56,520 bases of DNA, from contig NC_057719.1 in assembly GCF_004010195.1 (NCBI RefSeq), positions 6,454,894 through 6,511,413 of the forward strand, given 5' to 3'. This stretch comes from Chiloscyllium plagiosum (taxonomy: Eukaryota). Both the position numbers and the translations under genes were made by a program. A model generated the notes under the pieces. The model had not been told where the DNA came from. It ran no database searches and saw only the letters and a list, made by a program, of their open reading frames with translations. Positions within the stretch are counted from its first letter, which is position 1, and the number at the start of each line of letters is the position of its first letter. This document shows positions 1-12,439 of the stretch, one piece after another.

Positions 1-130
1 CCTGAAGAAGGGCTTATGCCCGAAACGTCGATTCTCCTGTTCCTTAGATGCTGCCTGACCTGCTGCGCATTTCCTGCAACACATTTTCAGCTCTGATCTC
101 CAGCATCTGCAGTCCTCACTTTCTCCTCGA
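1..130 (+). mobile_element. Penelope-derived short element (one arm) with minimal hammerhead motif
   Basis: CTGAAGA-A-GGGC-TTAT-GCCC-GAAACGTC at 2-29, followed by the arm shared with 8455, 14359 and 39631. Confidence 0.7.
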
Positions 131-449
131 AGATAATGTCCTTATCCAGTCTACTCCATATAAGAAAAGCAGAGAATTAAACAAGAAGACAACTTTGAAT
201 CCCCTCCCCCAGAGCGGGGGCTATCACTGTGACCATTCCGTTCTGCGTACAAACACACGCACACACACCCCTGCAGGCGCATATGAGTGTATATGAGTAC
301 GCAGTTAGACACACACATACACTGGGCCAAAAGGCTGTTTAACGATCCGAACAAGTACACCATTTACAGAGAACTCTCATTTTACATTGCATCATTTAAC
401 ATTGTTTTCTTACAGTGGCTCTTTACTTGCAAAACCATTTTCTTCAAAT

Positions 450-790
450 TATAGAATAGATTCCTTACAGTGTGGAAACAGGCCCTTCGGCCCAACCAGT
501 CCACACTGACCCTCTGAAGAGTAACCCACCCAGACCCATTCCCCCTATCTTATATTTAACCCAGACTAATACACCTAACCTACACGTCCCCAAACACTAC
601 GAGCAATTTAGCATGGCCAATTCAGCTAAGCTGCACATCTTTGGATTGTGGGAGGAAACCAGCGCACCCAGAGGAAAGCCACGCAGACATGGGGAGAACA
701 TGAAAGCTCCACACAGACAGTCACCCAAAGCTGGAATTGAACCTTCGTCCCTGGCACTATGAGGCAGCAGTGCTAACCACTGTGCCACCT
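450..790 (-). mobile_element. HE1-type tRNA-derived V-SINE
   Basis: Reverse complement of the tRNA-like head (GTGGTTAGCACTGCTGCCTCA...GGTTCAATTCC), V-domain and CR1-like tail. Confidence 0.85.
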
Positions 791-1344
791 GTTGAACACA
801 GCTGTCTTCTGGCAGTGCCTAAACCATCTATGCCTCCTTCCCCCTCCCCAACCCTGCATCCTCCCCACCTTTCCCCCACCTTGTTTCCTTGCTCCCCTGG
901 CCTTGCTTTCCCCTCCCCACCTCACTACCTTCTCTTCCCCCTGTCCTGGCTTTGGCTCCTGTCCTCCCAGAATTGTTTCCTCCACCCCGGCCTTGCCCCC
1001 CACCTCTTCTAGTCTTCAATCCAATGTGCTGCTTCGGGAGGCTCATGTACTCCCCCTGCAGGTTATCATGTACGAGACTGGCATCTCCAATCACCGCTGT
1101 CATGGAGAGCCCATGGCCTGTCCAGGGTCAGGGGCAGAGAGCTCACATGGTTACATCTTAATGGGAGCTGTGAGCACTGGACCTGGAGAACATGTGGGTT
1201 TGGTGTGACTCAGGGTATGAGCAGCTCCTGTTCTCATCATTTCACTCCACTGACAGAGTGCAAGGGGCACTCGGAATGACAGCTGGATGACAAACTGGCC
1301 AGAGGCCATTTAGCCTATCTTCCATACCCAGTGCCCTCCCAGGT

Positions 1345-1650
1345 AAGACCATGACATGTAGAAGCAGAAATTAGGCCATTCAGCCCGAGTCTGCTTCACC
1401 ATTCAATCATGGCTGACAGGTTTCTCAACCCCATTCTCCCGCTTTCTCCTCATAACCCTTGATCCCCTTGACAATCAAGAACCTATCTATCTCAGTCTCA
1501 AATATACTCAAAGTCTTGGCCTCCACAGCCTTCTGTTGCAATGAATCCATAGATTCACTGCTCTCTGGCCAAAGACGTTGCTCTTTATCTCCGTTCTAAA
1601 AGGTCTTCCCTTTCCTCTAAGGCTGTGTCCTTGGATCCCAGTCTCTCCGA
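1345..1650 (-). mobile_element. CR1/HER1 LINE 3' fragment
   Basis: Translates to GHSLRGKGRPFRTEIKSNVFGQRAVNLW, a typical CR1 ORF2 C-terminus, plus 3' UTR. Confidence 0.8.
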
Positions 1651-1844
1651 CTGTACCCAGTGCCCTGCCAGTTTCACACCAGCTTTGCCTCTCTTTCCGC
1701 TCTCCAATAGGCCTCTGACCCTGGGTTTCCTGAGCGACAGCTAGCAAGCACTCCCAACCCAACGCGTCAGAGGTCAAAGTTCAAATGTGAGCCCGGGCAC
1801 AGGTGAAAGTTCACCACCACACAGAATCATCCAGAAATATTTAA

Positions 1845-1850
1845 TTTATT
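1845..1850 (-). promoter_or_regulatory. Candidate polyadenylation signal AATAAA for kcnk13
   Basis: TTTATT on + strand about 115 nt downstream of the stop, inside an A/T-rich patch. Use is unverified. Confidence 0.4.
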
Positions 1851-1963
1851 TTTCTTTTTAAATAAAAAAAAGAGCTAGGCAGTCTTTAAGGCTGTGGTCG
1901 ATATTGTGCCGGGATTGGTGCAGAGTGTGAAGGGAGGGGCTGGCAGGGGAAGTGTCGCTCCCT

Positions 1964-2886
1964 CTATCTGTCCACACTGGTTTCTGCCAGGCGGTTGTTC
2001 ATAATGGCGAGGGCACCCACCCCCTCGGAGAAGCCGTTGTGCCGGGGGTGATGGTGGTGATGGTGTTGTGGGTGTTGCCCGCTCGCCCTGGGGTGGCCGT
2101 TTGCCGTCTCCAGCAGCTGCTTCTGCATGATGGCCAATGCCACCTTGTTGGAGGCCAGGAGGTCCCTCATGGAGATCAGCTCCCCAGACAGCCGCCTGCC
2201 CCCATCCACCGTCTCGCTCTCGTTGAAGGCGTCTGTCTCGATGGAGATCTTCCGCCTGGACAGCCCGGGAGCCACGGCGTTCCTCCCGGGCCTGAGGAGC
2301 CTCCTCTGGCACCGGACACAGCACTGGCACTCCAACCTCCTCAGGCTCCAGTTGAGGAACTGCTTGATGACAATGGATATGACGTTGAACAGGGAATAAA
2401 TACAACACACCCCCATCAGGATGAACAGGAAGTTGCCGAAACGGTAGAACCCTTGGTAGTCGTACCTCATGTTCTGGCTGCTCACCAGGTCCCCGAAGCC
2501 AATGGTGCTGAAAGCCACAAAGCAGAAGTAGATGGAGTCCAGGTAGCTCCAACCTTCCACGGGCGTGTACATGGCGGAAGCACAGCAAGAGATGGCGATG
2601 GCGGCCAGACCCAGGATCAACATGACGTAGTAGACGGAGGGCTTCCAGCCCGCCAGGCTGTCCACCTCAGCAGCGGCGGTGCCCGGCTCGGGGCAGTTTT
2701 CATGAGGAAGCACCCCCCTGCGCCTCAGCCTCCTCTCATGGCAGCTCTTCAGGACGTAGGCCAGCACGGTGATCAGCCGCTCCAGGAACAGGTTGAAGAA
2801 CAAGATGGTGGCAGCACAGCCCACCAGGCCGTAGAAGATCAGGAATACCTTCCCGCTGACCGTGGCTGGTGTGGTCATCCCGAAAC
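1964..2886 (-). CDS. kcnk13: K2P potassium channel THIK-1, coding exon 2 (GFG filter, M2-M4, P2, C-terminal tail, stop)
   Basis: Acceptor TTGCGTTCCAG|GT at 2887/2886 completes STIG-FGMTTPATVSGKVFLIFYG. Second pore FSTIGFGDLV; tail ...IETD...RRLSGELISMRDLLASNK...AIMNNRLAETSVDR-TAG (1966-1964). 334+923 nt = 419 codons including stop. Confidence 0.96.
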
Positions 2887-3679
2887 CTGGAACGCAAACA
2901 CACCACCCTGAGTCAATGGCACCGGGGCGAAGGGGGAGGGGGGGGCACGCGCGGACACGGAGGAGGGCCTGCATCAGTGTTGCGTCCGGAGCATCCCAAA
3001 CCTCCTCCCGGCCGATGAAGGACTCCTGCTGGAATGTGGGAGAGTCACTGATGCACAGCAAGCACCCACAGACCACGCCGGCTCATTCAGTGCAATCAAT
3101 GTTGGTTGAAGGATAAATATCAGCACAGGTTGTCCTGAGACTCTCTCAGAGAGAGGCCCATTGAGTCTGTGCTGCTGAAAAACAAGCACCTAACTATACT
3201 CCAGCACTTGGCCCATAGCCTTGTTCCCACAGCACATCTAAATACTTCATAGAACACTGTCATAGAATCTCGACAGTGCAGATAAAGGCCATTCAGTTCA
3301 CCAAGTCTGCACTGACTCTCTGAAGAGGATCCCATCCAGACTCACACCCTATCCCCATCATCCCACATGGCCATGACTAATCCACCTTGCCTGGGCACAA
3401 CAGAGCAATTGAGGTTCTTCAGTGTTATGAGGGTTTCTGCCTCTCCCACCCTTACAGGCAGCGGGTTCCAGATGTCCCCCCACCCTCTGGATGAAGGTAG
3501 TTCTCCTCACATCGTCTCAAAGCCTCCTGCCCCTTACCTCAATATGCCCCCTGTCACTGACCCTTCCAGCTTGGGGAAAGGCTCCTTCTCTAGGTTATGA
3601 CCAGGTGCCCTCCTGAGAGACAGGCAGGGGCACCTAACTGAACGTCTGTCCAGGAAGGTGGCACCTGGAATGAGCATAT

Positions 3680-4395
3680 TACCTTGTAACGAAGGGCTGG
3701 AGCTATAACCCATGGCGTTTGGAAGACTCAGAGGTGATGTAATTGATCCTGAGGGGACTTGACCGAGAGGATGCTGAAAGGATGTTTTCTCTTGTGGAAG
3801 AATCTAGAACTAGGGGTCACAGGTTAAAGGTAAGGTGTTGCCCATTTAAAACAGAGGTGAGGAAACTTTTTTTCTCTCTGACGGTTGTTAGTCTTTGGAA
3901 TTCCCTTCCTCAGGATGCGGAATATTTAAATATTTTGAAGGCAGAGGCAGATAGACCTTTAGAGTCAGAGAGATGTACAGCATAGATCCAGACCCTTCCT
4001 GTCCATGCCAACCAGATACCCCAACCCAATCTAGTCCCACCTGCCAGCACCCGGCCCATATCCCCCTAAACCCTTTCTATTCATATACCCATCCAAATGC
4101 CTCTTAAATGTTGCAATTATACCAGCCTCCACCACTTCCTCTGGCAGCTCATTCTATACACGCACCACCCTCTGCGTGAAAAAGTTGCCCCTTAGGTCCC
4201 TTTCAAATCNNNNNNNNNNNNNNNCCTTGTAAATCTTTTCTGAACCCTTTCAAGTTGCACAACCTCTTTCCAATGACCAAAGGGATGAAAGGTTATTGGG
4301 GGCGTTTAGCAATGTATATTTGAGGTTAAGAAGCAGACCAGCCATGACCTTATTGACTAGCAGGACAGGTTCGAAGGGCTGAGTGGCCTTGTTTG
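3680..4395. mobile_element. Nested CR1 3' fragments (+ copy interrupted by a - copy at ~3965-4270)
   Basis: SRTRGHRLKVR...FFSLTVVSLWNSLP on +; inverse CR1 tail inside; gap at 4210-4224. Confidence 0.75.
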
Positions 4396-4910
4396 TATCG
4401 TTGTTTGTCACTGTATGTGCAGAGGAGCCTCAGCCTGGGTTTTTACACTCACATCCGCATACCTCTACCTGAGAGGACAGAGAGGTCGCCAATGAGTGAC
4501 AGAAAGTATGAGAATGTTGGCTCTATTGACACGAAATGGACAGGGGAGATAAAACAGTAAAATCATGGGCCTTTGTAACTTCTGAGTCATTTCTTGATGA
4601 TTATGATGAATACAAACCATCTGAAGTCCCATCTACAGTCTGGTCTGCGGCTGGTGGGGTCTATTGTTTCATAATTAGAAAGTTCATAGGTTTGAGCAAG
4701 AGGCATAAGCACAAAGCCCTGATTGAAAGTCCTGGCCAGCTCTGAGGGACTGCCGAGCGTTGGGGTCAATACAAAACTGACGTTCCATCAGGCAGATGCA
4801 AAAGATCAAATGGCGCTATTTCAAAGGAGAGGATGGGAGTTATCAGCATCACTTATTTCCTCACCAATAAGTGATGACTCAGTCAGCAACACTAACGCTT
4901 ATTATCTGAT

Positions 4911-5098
4911 CATAGTCAGAAATCAAATGACACCAGGTTTTGGTCCAACAGGTTCATTTGAAATCACAAGGTACATCTGATGAAGGAGCAGCGCTCTGAA
5001 AGCTTGTGATGTCAAATAAACCTGTTGGACTATAACCTGCTGTTAAGTGACTTTTGACCTTGTCCACCCCAGTCCAACACCAGCACCTCCACAGCACA
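4911..5098 (+). mobile_element. Palindromic Penelope-pLTR-derived non-autonomous element
   Basis: Inverted arms, hammerhead-like core at 4977-5005, 14-bp direct repeat GCTTATTATCTGAT at 4897-4910 and 5099-5112. Confidence 0.75.
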
Positions 5099-5329
5099 GC
5101 TTATTATCTGATGACTACACTGCGTCTTAAAATGTGCGATGAGTTCTGCACCACATTCTGACAGCTACATAAATGTGAGCCGTTCACCTCTGTGATTTAT
5201 TATCGCACAGTGGGTGTTACTTAACCGACCGGCTGACAATTGCACGCACCATCACACCAACAGCAGGGTGACAGGAATGGGATCTTTCTATTCATTCACA
5301 AGATACGGGTAACATTGGTGAGGTTGACC

Positions 5330-6330
5330 ACATACTGCCTAGTCCCACCAGGAAGGTCTCTTTAACCACAGCAGTGCGCTTGGTGTAACTACAACTGCAA
5401 GGCTGTCTGGGAGGGAGTTCTGTGATTGTGGCCCAGCAACACTGAAGGAATGACATTGTAGTTCCAAGGCAGGATGGTGAGCGGCTGGCAGGGAAGTGGG
5501 TAGGTGGTAGTCTGGCCTGCAAGGAGCCCTGAGCTGTAACTTTCACCAGCTTTAGGTATGCCTGGTGCTGCTCCTGGCATGCCCTCCTGCACTCTCCATT
5601 GAACCAGGGTTGATCCCCTGGCATGATGGTAATGGTAGAGTGGGTGATGTGCCAGGCCCTGGGGTTGTACTTTGTTCTGGAGAACAATTCTGCTGCTGTT
5701 GACAGCCCACAGCGCCTCATGGACACCCAATTACGGAGCTGCCATATCTGAATCTCTTATTTATCACAATGGCAGTGCCACACAATGTAATAGAGGCTAT
5801 CTTCCAATGTGAAGATGGGACTTTCTCCCCACAAAGACTGTGCAGTGGCTAGTCCCACAATACTATCATGGATGGATGTATTTGCAACTGGTGAATGAGT
5901 GAAGTTGAGGTCAAGCATGATATTCACTCATGTTGGTTACCTCACCACTTGCACAGACCCAGTTTAGCAACTATGTCCTTTAGGACCTGACCAGCTCGAT
6001 CAGTAGTGCTACTGCCAAGCTACTCCTTGGGGGCGGACATGGAAATACCCCACCCAGAGTATACTTTGTGCCCTGACCACCCTTAGTTGTTACTCCAGTG
6101 GCATTCAACATGGAGGTGCACAGAGTTGTCAGTCGAGGGAGGACGGTACGTAGTAATCAGCAGGAGATTTCCTTGCCCATGTTCACCCTGAAGTCACAAG
6201 AATTCAATGTGTCTGGGGTTAATGTTGAGGACTCCCAGGGCAACTCCCTCCAGACGGTATCCCACTGTGTTGGTGGCATCTGGGACTTTGCCTGTAAGGT
6301 ATTGCTTGACTCGTCTGAGAAACAACTTTC
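5330..6330 (-). mobile_element. Degenerate non-LTR retrotransposon (CR1/L2-group) endonuclease/linker remnant
   Basis: Fragments GVALGVLNINP..., GNLLLITTYRPP and GDQPWFNGECRRACQEQHQAYLK, broken by frameshifts. Confidence 0.6.
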
Positions 6331-7319
6331 CCAAATTTCTCATGGGGGTTAGTGAGGAGGACTCTACAGGGCCTAAGGTTAAGCCAATGGCTAAGGGTTG
6401 GTCTGCTCTAGTCTTACCACCTGAATTTTTCACAGCTGTTTCAATACAACTGGGCCACTTCAAGGATAAAAAGTCAACCACCATGGCATGGGCCTGGAGT
6501 CACATAGGCTAGGTAAGGGGCAGATGTCCTTTCCTAAAAGCTATATGTGAATGATTTCACATCAAGACAAATCAGTAGAAATGGGTAAAACTAGTTTTTA
6601 ACAACAGCTCCGCGTTGTCACCATGACTGAGCGACCGACAAAACTGAATTTAAAATCCCCAGCTCCACGTGTCGGGGAATTGAACTTGATGTCCCAGGAA
6701 GAGGGCAGGCCTCAGGGTAACATTGCCCACCAGAGAAACATTGCTACACTGGGGCGGGGAAAGGAGGATTTCAGTCTCCCTTCCTGCAAAAAAAGCAGAA
6801 AGTCCAACTGCCAAGGGACAGCTTTCACAGAGAGAAAAAAACCAACGGAATCATTTGATCAGTAAGAGATTAGATAAGTGGAGGCTCACAGATAACTTAT
6901 TGTGCTCAATGAGCTGAAGCTTTACCAGCTCCTTGACAAGATCGTTTTGGAGTGATTAGGCCTTGTTTTCGGAAGCAAATTGCCACCGTTGCTATGGTGA
7001 ATCACAAGGCCTGAGGGCTTGGTACGCTACATTCCCCATTAGTACTCTTGACTTCAACTGCGATTGAATGAATGGTTTCGGTCACTGAGCAGCTTGTCTA
7101 GCGTAAAGCACCATGATATCTGGGAGCTGTCCTCATGGCCGTCAAATCTTTAATGAGTTCTGATGAAGAATCTGCGTGCATAATATCAAACTACTTTTAC
7201 CCATTTCTTATTGATCCAGTTTGATGTCTATTTGGGATTTGTTCCAGCCTCTTTTTCTCCAGCTCAAAGAAGAATCAAGAACAATACGCACAGCAACAGG
7301 CCCTGCAAGCCTGTGCTGA

Positions 7320-8000
7320 TTCCGAGTGAGTTTTGAGAAGATTTGTAGCTCAGGTTGAGGTTTAGGATAGAGGTTTGCTCGCTGAGTTGAAAGGTTCATT
7401 TCCAGACGTTTCGTTACCTTACTAGGTAACATCTTCAGTGGACTTCATGTGAAGCAATGCTGAAAATTCCTGCTTTCTATTTATATCTTTGGGTTTCTTT
7501 GGGTTGGTGATTTCCTGTGGTGAAGTCACTTCCTGTCCTTTTTTCGGGGGTGGTAGATGGGGTCTAACTCGATGTGTTTGTTGATAGAATTCCAGTTGGA
7601 ATGCCATGCTTCTAGGAATTCTCGTGTGTGTCTTTGTTTGGCTTGTCCTAGGATAGATGTGTTGTCCCAGTCGAAGTGGTGTCCTTCCACATCCGTATGT
7701 GAGGATACTAGTGAGAGAGGGTCATGTCTTTTTGTGGCTAGTTGGTGTTCATGTATCCTGGTGGCTAGTTTTCTGCCTATTTGTCCAATGTGGTGTTTAT
7801 TACAGTCCTTCCACGGTATTTTGTAAATGACGTTAGTTTTGCTTGTTGTCTGTATAGGGTCTTTCAAGTTCATTATGTTGGTGAGTTTGTGGGCTACCAT
7901 GATGCCAAGGGGTCTGAGTAGTCTGGCAGTCATTTCCGAGGTGACTTTGATATAGGGGAGAGTGGCTCGGGTTTCTGGACGTGTTTTGTCTGCTTGTTTG
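7320..8000 (-). mobile_element. Penelope-like element 3' part (GIY-YIG endonuclease plus pLTR), Poseidon-like
   Basis: ORF 7526-7933 TNVIYKIPWKDCNKHHIGQIGRKLATRIHEH...REFLEAWHS; hammerhead motif at 7401-7442. Confidence 0.85.
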
Positions 8001-8454
8001 ATTCCTAGTTCTTAGACCTGCTAATTATTGCCCGTATGAGATTTCTAACCCTCTGTTCGCCTCTTGTTCACGTGTCTATCAAGATACGGTTGGATTCATG
8101 CCCAGTCAGAAGATGCTAAGATCTCAGTTCAAACCCCAATCCCGTGTCTCAGTATGCCACACTGAGGGAGTGCACCACTGGCAGAGCTGCTGTGTTTTGG
8201 GAGAGATGTTAAACTCAGGCTATCTCAGGTGATTGTCAAAAAGGCCCCATACCCAACGGGGAGGCTTCTTCCCAGCCACAGACATCATAAAAATAAATTC
8301 TCTGCCTGCTACCACAATGCTGTATGAGGGAAGATGTTGTGTGTAAATTGGTTGCAGTGTTTCCTACATTACTACAAACATATTTTTAGATGTGAAGTAT
8401 TTTGGAATGTCTAATGATAACATACATGAAATATAGGGGCTCTTATGGTATCAT

Positions 8455-8660
8455 ATTAGTGTCAAGATTAGAATGGTGCTGGAAAAGTACAGTAGGTCAG
8501 GCAGCATCGAGGAGCAGGAAAAATCGATGTTTCCTGATGAAGGGCCTTTGCCCGAAACGTCGATTTTTCTTGCTCCTCGGATGCTGCCTGACCTGCTGTG
8601 CTTTTCCAGCACCACTCAGATCTAGACTCTGATCTTCAACATCCTCTGCACCCACTTCTG
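8455..8660 (+). mobile_element. Palindromic Penelope-derived element with hammerhead motif
   Basis: Inverted arms GTGCTGGAAAAG...CTTTTCCAGCAC; CTGATGA-A-GGGC-CTTT-GCCC-GAAACGTC at 8534-8561. Confidence 0.75.
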
Positions 8661-9079
8661 TGTAGTGTCAGAACCTCTGAGCCAGGAGGCCCAAGTTCAA
8701 GACCCATTTGCTCCAGAGTTGCCTAATATCATCTCTGAACAGGGTGATTAGAAAATATCTGTAAATGAAACCTTGTCTTGTTCTCAGTATTCTTGTCAAC
8801 ACCCCTTAACGGTGCTGAACCACACCCCAGAATGACATGCTTAGCATGTGCTCAGATTGTTGGGTCATCTCTTGTTTTAAAGAGAAACCAATAATAGTTA
8901 GAAATGAATTTACTGGTTATACTGGAGCTTCATGTTGAAGAATATGAGTCTGAACAGTCACAGGTTTTACTGGGTTGTTTTGTCCAGCCAGCGTTCACGG
9001 GTGTCGCTGGCTGGACCAGCATTTATTGCCTGTTCCTTGTTGCCCTTAAGAGCTGCCATCTTGAACTGCTGCAGTCCAC

Positions 9080-9560
9080 ATAGAGTCATAGAGTCATAGA
9101 GATGTACAGCATGGAAACAGACCCTTCGGTCCAACCCGTCCATGCCGACCAGATATCCCACCCCAATCTAGTCCCACCTGCCAGCACCCGGCCCATATCC
9201 CTCCAAACCCTTCCTATTCATATACCCATCCAAATGCCTCAAATGTTGCAATTGCACAGCCTCCACCTCTTCCTCTGGCAGCTCATTCCAAACACGTACC
9301 ATCGATTAGAAAAAATTCTGAAGGACAGGATTAATCAACACTTGGAAAGACAGAGACTGAGGAGGGATAGTCAGTACAGATTTGTTGCAGGGAGATCTAA
9401 CTAATTGTGTTTTTTGAAAAGGTGACTAAATATATTACTGAGGGTAGTGCAGTTGATGTGGTTTCTATGGACTTCAGTAAGGCTCCCACATGGAAGACTA
9501 GTCTTTAAGGTAAAAGCCCGGTCACCCAAGACAAACTGGGCCCAAAATTTGCTTTGAAAC
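9080..9560. mobile_element. CR1 fragments (- 3' tail fused to a + RT fragment)
   Basis: CATAGAGT-repeat tail on -; LEKILKDRINQHLERQ...AVDVVSMDFSKA on +. Confidence 0.7.
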
Positions 9561-10744
9561 AAGAGGCTGGTTCTCCACACTGGGGAGTGAGGGGGGTGGG
9601 TTAGTCTCAGGATAAGGAGACAGACATGGAATACGGAAAATATCTTTCACTCAGATTGTTACAAATCTTTACAGTTCTCTGTTCCAGAGAGTTAGAGAAC
9701 ATCAACCGATTAGTCTATTCAAGCCTGAGATCAATAGATGTTTGGGATCCAGGGGTATGGGGAAAGATTGGGAAAGTAGAAGGAATGCAGAAGTTCAGCC
9801 TGACCTGATTGGTCAGGGAGCAGACTTTCAGAATGGTAGTTGAGGTATGTGCGAGTCCCCAAATGAGGGGACATTTAACCTCTGCATGCTCGGATTTCTC
9901 ATCTCCAAATGAGGACAATCTCTCTCGCTGGCTTCAGCCATCAAAAGGACACCCCCTGCCCCCAGCCTCAGCACTCAACTGCAAAATACAAGAGATAAAT
10001 TGTCTCAAAAAGATCGACTCCTTCAATCTCTTGAGAAGCCAGCAACAAAACTCACTATACTTCAAGCACCAATTCACAATCACGGAGCATTGTTCAAGGC
10101 CACCGCCCCGAAACAAGGGGAAATAAGCCATATCATTAAGAGAATCACTCTGAACTGTCACCACTGATTAGTATCCATTCAGCCAATCAGCCTATGAATG
10201 ATGTCTTGTTACCGGGAGGACTCCAGGGAAGCCTGCATTAAACTGGTTTATCACAGCCGGAATTTGGGAGCAGGGGGATCAATGACTGAGCTCGCTTTGT
10301 TAGACCAGGAGAAAAAAAAGACTGCAAGAAAAGAATTAAACATTTGAAAACAGGCATTGCTTATATCCCACACTCCCTTACAATTGCCAGTCAAGTCTCA
10401 GATTGGATACTGCTGGTGAAGTGTCCAAGTTGGACAAGATGGGCTGAAAGGCCTGATGCTGTGCTGCAGACCTAACCTAATCTCACACGGACTCTGAGCT
10501 GTGATAGTGTGAGGGCGGTGTTTGTGGGGGCAGGTGTGTGGGCAGATTGAAAGGCGAAAGGCTTTACCAATGAACAACATGCCGCCCAGATCCTCGCTCC
10601 TGCCCAGCTACCACCCCCTGTCCTCACTGACCTCTCTCTGAGCAATGTGTCAAGGTTCTTACCCAGGTTTTCAAATCCCGCTGTGAATTCACTGTCTCCC
10701 TGCAAACAGAGTGAGGGGCATGTGAGAAAAATGTTTCCACCCCT

Positions 10745-11120
10745 TATAGAGGTTTATAAAATCATGAGAAGCATGGATGGGGTAAATAGACATGGTGTTT
10801 TCCCTGGGTTGTGGAGGTCCAAAACTAGAGGGCATAGGGTTAAGGTCAGAGGGGAAAGAGTTAAAAGGGACCTCAGAGGCAACATTTTCACACAGAAGAT
10901 GGAGCATGTACAGAATGAGCTGCCAGAGGAAGTGGTGGAGGCTGATACAATTACAACATTTGAAAGGCATCTCGATGGGTTTATGAATAGGAAGGGTTTA
11001 GAGGGATATGGGCCAAGTGCTGGCAAATGGGACTAGATTAATTCAGAATATCTGGTCAGCATGGACAAGTTGGACTGAAGGGTCTGTCTCCGTGCTGTAC
11101 ATCTCTATGACTCTATGAGT
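10745..11120 (+). mobile_element. CR1/HER1 LINE 3' fragment
   Basis: LIEVYKIMR...RGHRVKVRGER...ELPEEVVEA...GYGPSAGKWD, with CTCTATGA tail. Confidence 0.88.
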
Positions 11121-11917
11121 CGTTGGGGTGTGGAGTGCACGCCTAGACATGTGGAGGGGACAAGTTCCATTGAGGCACTCAAAACGGTACTGGATGATTA
11201 TTTGGATAGAAATGGTGTGATGGGATATGAAGAAAAGGCTGGAGGGTATTCATGTACTAGGAGTAGTGCAGACATGATTGGCTGAATGGCTTTTCTCTGC
11301 ACTGTAATAATTGTGATGATATCTGAGTTCACCTCCAGATTTCGACACTTCTCTTGATTTTAATTGTTCCATTATTGATGGTTATGACATCAGCTACCAA
11401 GGCTCAAGAGATTTTCCAACCAACCTGTTCAGTAATGTTCTTGCACACCTCTGCAGCAGGTGGGACTTGAACCCAGGCCTATTGGTTCAGAGGTAGGGGC
11501 TTTACCACTGCATCACAAGACCCCTCTACCAAGGCTGTAAGCTCACCCTAAACCCCATTCTAACCTCCTTTAAGAAACTCCCTGAAGCCTACCTCATAAA
11601 AATGGGGTCATCTGCCCTAATATCTTCATATATGACTTGGAATTATAATTTCTTTTGTAAACTCCTATAAAGGGCCTTGGGATGTTGTGACATTAAAGGC
11701 TCAGTAACTCTCCATCTTTCCTCTAACAGCACCTTTCATATCCATGACCAATACCATCTAGAAAGAAAAGGGCAGAAGATACGTGGGAACACCACCACAC
11801 TCACCATCCTGACTTGGAAATACATCATCATTCCTTCAGTATCATTGGATCAAAATCCTGGATCTCCCTATCGAACAGCATTCTCTGTGCACCTACACCT
11901 TATGGACTGCAGTTTTC

Positions 11918-12160
11918 ATAGAAATCATATAATCCCCACAGTGTGGAAACAGGCCATTCAGCCCAACAAGTCCACACTGACCCTCCGAAGAGCAACCCAA
12001 CCCAGACCCATTCCCCCAACCTAGTACTGTACATTTACCCCTGACTAATGCACCTAGTCCACACATCCCTGAACACTATGGACAGTTTAGCATGGCCACT
12101 TCACCTAACCCACACATCTCTTAACACTATGGACAAGTTAGCATGGCCAATTCACCTGAC
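11918..12160 (-). mobile_element. Partial HE1 SINE with an internal ~51-bp tandem duplication
   Basis: HE1 tail and body; CACACATC...AACACTATGGACA...TTAGCATGGCCA...TCACCT is present twice. Confidence 0.7.
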
Positions 12161-12439
12161 AGTGATTCAAGGAGGTTGCTCACCATCACCATCTCCATGG
12201 TAACCTGTAAAGAGTAATAAATGTTGGCCTGACCAGCAACTCTCACATCCCTGAAGGAATCAAGAAAGAGCTTTCAGTCGTCTGAACTAATACCACCTTA
12301 ACTGGTTTGGTTAGGCATTGTGAAATGTTTGATTATGTTGAAGACACTTTAACAAGTTGTAGTTGTTGAAGAAAACTGGGAGAGATGGTAGGGAGGGGAG
12401 AACAAAAAGGAGCGTGAGAAGGAATACAGATAAATAGAG

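Noticed and set aside
1952..2911. 319-aa plus-strand ORF and 237-aa alternative-frame ORF over exon 2
   Set aside because: Shadow ORFs of a GC3-rich coding exon; no recognisable domain.
2887..3076. N-terminal extension of the 370-aa ORF 1964-3076
   Set aside because: Lies upstream of the splice acceptor and is intronic read-through; the true N-terminus is at 56446.
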